Origin: Methanosarcina sp. UBA7
GTDB lineage: Archaea; Halobacteriota; Methanosarcinia; Methanosarcinales; Methanosarcinaceae
NCBI GenBank assembly: GCA_002508465.1
Contig: DAQQ01000063.1
Coordinates: forward strand, 1-52,051
Reading direction: 5' to 3'
DNA length: 52,051 nucleotides
In this document: positions 48,413 through 52,051 of the stretch, piece by piece
How positions within the stretch are numbered: the first letter of the stretch is position 1
Layout of the letters: every line of letters begins with the position of its first letter
The notes under the pieces: generated by a model
The model's database searches: none
What the model was told of the DNA's origin: nothing
Seen by the model: the letters and a program-made list of their open reading frames with translations, nothing else
Translations under genes and position numbers: made by a program

Positions 48413-49405
48413 TTACATCCACTCGTAATGCATCAGAACTTCAGGGTTAAAACTCTGCATCAAACTGTTTTCCGTATATCCAAAAAAGAGGCAACCACTG
48501 CAGTTTTCAACAATTTCCTTTCTGTGTTCTTCCGAGTTTTTCCAGACGCTCTCAAAACCGTCCCAGATCACATTCCCAAGGGATTCATTATGCACACGGC
48601 AGGTTTCCAAAGTGCCGTCATGCGTCACATTCATAATAATCCCACTAGCTCTGCATTTGTAGTCCATTTTTCCGTCCCTGACCATTTTGAGGTAGGTTTT
48701 GGAATTGATTATAGGGTAGCCCTGCTTCTTAAGCTCGATTATGTGGTCAACTGTGCAGTGGAATTTTTCCTTATTGCGAATTCCGATATCGTTCCAGACG
48801 TCCTCACTGATTCCGGGAAACTCGTGGACAGGCTCAAAGGAAATTTTCACCCCCAGCTTTTTTGCAAGCAAAATAAGGGTCTCGATATCGTCCAGGTTTT
48901 TTCCTGTGAGCACGCAGTTCATCAGAATGGGATCCTTCTTTTTCTGAAGTTTTCTAACCTTAATAGCTTTTTTTAAACTCTTTAACAGAGTTTCGAAATC
49001 CATCCTGCGGATTTCTTTATAACTATCTATCCCATCCACTGAAACCGAAAGGTAGTCCACATCTCCAAGCTCTTCCGCTCTCTCGTAAAGCAGTTTTCCA
49101 TTTGTGACCATGGAAGTGATCAAACCGATTTTTTTAGCATATGCCATAATCTGGGGCAGGTCTTTTCTGAGGAGAGGCTCCACGGTCCAGGCATTGTAAA
49201 CTCCGATTCCGAATTCTCTCGCATCATTTAATAATTTGAAAATCTCTTCTTTAGTCGGCTCTTCTCCGGTTTTCTTCCAGTACTCACAGAATTTGCAGCG
49301 CATATTGCAGCGGGCATTTACACCATGGGAAAGGACAAAAGGACGCTTTCTCACACGGATCTGCCAGAGCGCTCTTGAAGCCAGGATAGGATCAAATCGG
49401 GACAT
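48413..49405 (-). CDS. Radical SAM protein with SPASM-type C-terminus
   Basis: CNMRCKFC motif, EPLLR, VTNG, SVSVDG and C-terminal C...C...CSGC. Confidence 0.9.
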   Translation of the reverse strand: MSRFDPILASRALWQIRVRKRPFVLSHGVNARCNMRCKFCEYWKKTGEEPTKEEIFKLLNDAREFGIGVYNAWTVEPLLRKDLPQIMAYAKKIGLITSMVTNGKLLYERAEELGDVDYLSVSVDGIDSYKEIRRMDFETLLKSLKKAIKVRKLQKKKDPILMNCVLTGKNLDDIETLILLAKKLGVKISFEPVHEFPGISEDVWNDIGIRNKEKFHCTVDHIIELKKQGYPIINSKTYLKMVRDGKMDYKCRASGIIMNVTHDGTLETCRVHNESLGNVIWDGFESVWKNSEEHRKEIVENCSGCLFFGYTENSLMQSFNPEVLMHYEWM

Positions 49406-49686
49406 GGAACTCTCTTATATATTTTTTTGTAGAAGACTGCTTATTATTCATTATCCCTTCTATTATAACCTTTTTTTGGAGAACTAGTTTGTAACATATT
49501 TTTTCGGCTCCATCCAGCTTACTGCCTTATGAGCCGAAGATCGCGGATAATTTGTAAACCGCTTAATACCTGGAGAGTGATCAGATATGATATCAAAGTA
49601 AGCTAAGTCAAAGTTATCTGCCAGGAATCGTGTGAAAATTCCTTGTAAATAAATAGAAATTGAGTTAACTGCTAATTTATTCATAA

Positions 49687-50316
49687 CTAATTTTGAGTGG
49701 GCTTAACAGTTACCGGATTTAAAACGTTTCCAGGATTCCTGTACGTTAATGAACTAAGTAAAAAACATATTCCTATAATCGGCATCACAATAACCCAATA
49801 AACATATGGAAAAAAAAGAAGTGGTTCATAAGAAGACCATTTTAAAATTTCCTGGAGTATAAGGAAAAGGGAAAACACCGAAAAAAAACTCGCTGCACAT
49901 GAAATCGCAAGATATATGTTCATCGAATCAGGATGTCTACGCAAAGACAAGAAGACTAGTCCAGAGAATGGAGACAGTAAAGCCGTAAGTATTATCCAAA
50001 ATATTTCTGCAGTGCTTGTAGGGTCACCAAAAGGAAATTTTTCAACATCAAAATAAATCCAAAAGTTTACGATAACCAGTGCAAATAAAGAAGCACATAA
50101 CGGGACTGCCAGATACCATCTGGGTAGTACTTTTCTTGCTTCCACTAAAAAAAGAACGGAACTCAAAAACGAAATAATGCTCAGCAACTCTATAACTAAA
50201 ATAGGTCTACGAATTAATTGTAATGGACTTGAAAGAAATATATAACCTAATAAAATTGTAATCCAGACCATCATAAAGATAGCAGACATCAATGCCAGTG
50301 CGATTTTTATCCTCAT
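49687..50316 (-). CDS. Hypothetical ~6-TM membrane protein (paralogue A)
   Basis: Start MRIKIALALMSAIF after a GGTGA RBS; tandem paralogue of 50565-51200. Confidence 0.78.
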   Translation of the reverse strand: MRIKIALALMSAIFMMVWITILLGYIFLSSPLQLIRRPILVIELLSIISFLSSVLFLVEARKVLPRWYLAVPLCASLFALVIVNFWIYFDVEKFPFGDPTSTAEIFWIILTALLSPFSGLVFLSLRRHPDSMNIYLAISCAASFFSVFSLFLILQEILKWSSYEPLLFFPYVYWVIVMPIIGICFLLSSLTYRNPGNVLNPVTVKPTQN

Positions 50317-50564
50317 CAAATCATCACCGTAAAATATGAAGTGGTGAAAATCATAGCCTCTTACTCCTCTATACAGGTTGAAAGTAATTTTCAAGCTGGA
50401 AAGTGACCACGCTAATGAGGCAAGCACGAAATTTAAGATGATTTTCCACTATAAGTGTTTTCAAATTTCATATGTCTTGCACCACATTGGCAATTGCAGA
50501 TTTAATTATAGTAGGATTTACGCAGTCGCACTGAGAAATTAATAGTATTAAACCTTTGACATAA

Positions 50565-51200
50565 CTAATTTTGAGTAGACCCAATAGTTACCGGATTTAA
50601 AACTTTTCCAGGATTCCTGTACGTTATTGCACTAAGTAAAAAACATATTCCTATAATCGGCATCAAAATGCACCAATTAAGTAATGTAGGAACGGCAACA
50701 GTGTTAAAAGTAGGCCACCCTTCAGAAAGTGCATGTGAAAGTCCCCTGAGCGCGAAGAAAAGTAAAATCATCGAAAGCATGCTCGTTACACATGAAACTG
50801 CAAAATATACGTTCATTGAATCAGGATGTCTATCCATGGATAAGAAGACCAGTGCCGAGAACGGGGACAGTAACGTCATTAGTGTTATCACGAGTGCATC
50901 TGCGATGCCCATGTGGTCACTAAGAAGACTAAAAAAATTCATCCAAAAACTTGCGATGACCAGTATAAATAGAGAGATGCTTAACGGGACTGCCAGATAC
51001 CATCTGGGTAGTACTTTTCTTGCTTCCACCAAAAAAAGAACGGAACCCAAAAATGAAATAATGCTCAATAACTCTGTCAAGTCCCCGAAAGAAAGTATTG
51101 TGACAGATATTGACCAAAGTATACAACTTATTATTAAGACTGCGGCCCAGTAAAACATAAAGATAGCAGACATCAATGCCAGTGCGATTTTTATCCTCAT
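50565..51200 (-). CDS. Hypothetical ~6-TM membrane protein (paralogue B)
   Basis: Shares VLFLVEARKVLPRWYLAVPL, RHPDSMN, MPIIGICFLLS and TYRNPG with paralogue A. Confidence 0.78.
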   Translation of the reverse strand: MRIKIALALMSAIFMFYWAAVLIISCILWSISVTILSFGDLTELLSIISFLGSVLFLVEARKVLPRWYLAVPLSISLFILVIASFWMNFFSLLSDHMGIADALVITLMTLLSPFSALVFLSMDRHPDSMNVYFAVSCVTSMLSMILLFFALRGLSHALSEGWPTFNTVAVPTLLNWCILMPIIGICFLLSAITYRNPGKVLNPVTIGSTQN

Positions 51201-51241
51201 TAAATCATCGCCATAAAATATAAAAATCGGGTGAAAATTGT

Positions 51242-51451
51242 TCACCCTATCAGGTCATAGAATTCGGTTATTGATCCTTCGTCTCCTGCTGCACTATCTA
51301 CAACTCTCAGCCACCAGTTGTGCACATTCTGGAGGCCTTGCACGTGTACTGTAAGCTGGAGGTTACTTCCTCCCTGATGGTCCCACATCTTCTGTTCTAA
51401 GTACGTGGATGATGATGGGTCCCACCGGCCTATCCATAATTCCAGGTCGCC
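51242..51451 (-). pseudogene. 3' remnant of a gene ending in a proprotein-convertase P-like domain
   Basis: Start-less 69-codon frame GDLELWIGRWDP...NWWLRVVDSAAGDEGSITEFYDLIG* matching the GDL...W-x-L-x-V-x-D...GD-x-G-x-I pattern; GC-rich against AT-rich flanks. Confidence 0.65.
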
Positions 51452-52051
51452 TTATTTGATCAAGATTTACAATTTTTTAAAATTACTAATTTCAAAAATC
51501 TTCTTAAGTATATGCAAAATCTTACACATACCTTAACAGTTAGCATTAAAGTTATAAATTATTTTCTACTGATGGATTTAATTCAACTACAGTTAAAAAT
51601 AATGAGTCAGTTTCAAAATCCCAGCTTATCTTGAACATACCTAGTGTCAAGTTAATTATCAAGGATTCAATGATTCCTAATAACTGCACTCGATTTTATA
51701 CGACATTTTGTGTTTGACTCGACACTAGTAACTTCTTATTTGCTTCTTTAGATACTGGATTTTGGCATCTTCTCTTAATAACCCTATTATTCTTTTAGTC
51801 TCATTATATTCTGTTTTTTAAGTCAAATAAAAGGGATATTATACTGTAGTACAGAGAATCAAGTAGAAAAGATAAATATTTTGTAACTATTCAGCCCATC
51901 AAAACATGCCTATTGATATTGATTCTAATAAAATAGTGGAATCCAAAAAATAATATATGGAGAAGGAAGAAACGCACTCAATCGTCAACAGCCTGTGTTT
52001 GACAGTTTGATTTTTATGTGGGAAAATTGTTTTCATATCCGTTGGAATGAT

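Noticed and set aside
49484..49684. 66-aa ORF after membrane paralogue A
   Set aside because: No recognisable motif, and the equivalent position after paralogue B has no similar ORF
51460..52051. Degraded gene at the right edge
   Set aside because: Only short broken frames in AT-rich DNA, and no product can be supported

Overview
A 52-kb chromosomal segment from a methanogenic archaeon, most likely Methanosarcina (inferred from TBP, AglJ, archaeal Smc-ScpAB, TATA/BRE promoters and AT-rich, tandem-repeat-rich intergenic DNA). The backbone is housekeeping and metal/cofactor homeostasis: DRG GTPase, moeA, ilvE, two tRNA-Arg genes, an SmtB-type regulator with a permease, a bioY ECF operon, a DtxR-family regulator with feoB, smc-scpA-scpB, tbp, aglJ, thiC, pepF, ogt, an ABC-2 exporter and a DUF62 protein. 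Three operators are readable: an SmtB 12-2-12 box, a BirA box and a DtxR box. Accessory highlights: (1) a membrane KAP NTPase fused to a C-terminal FGE-sulfatase/C-type-lectin domain whose last ~108 coding nt are GC-rich, adenine-depleted and mostly NNY codons, as expected for a diversity-generating retroelement (DGR) variable region, with no RT or template repeat in the window; (2) a secreted Zn-phospholipase C-family gene and partner bracketed by two copies of a TATA-linked covarying hairpin; (3) a triplicated covarying GA-mismatch/GAA-triloop hairpin element; (4) tandem membrane paralogues with hypervariable segments behind an unannotated P-domain gene remnant; (5) an uncharacterised motif-repeat protein heading the smc operon and a C-terminally extended ScpB; (6) a methyltransferase fused to a D-Ala-D-Ala-ligase-like domain. 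All family calls come from motif recognition by eye, not from database searches.
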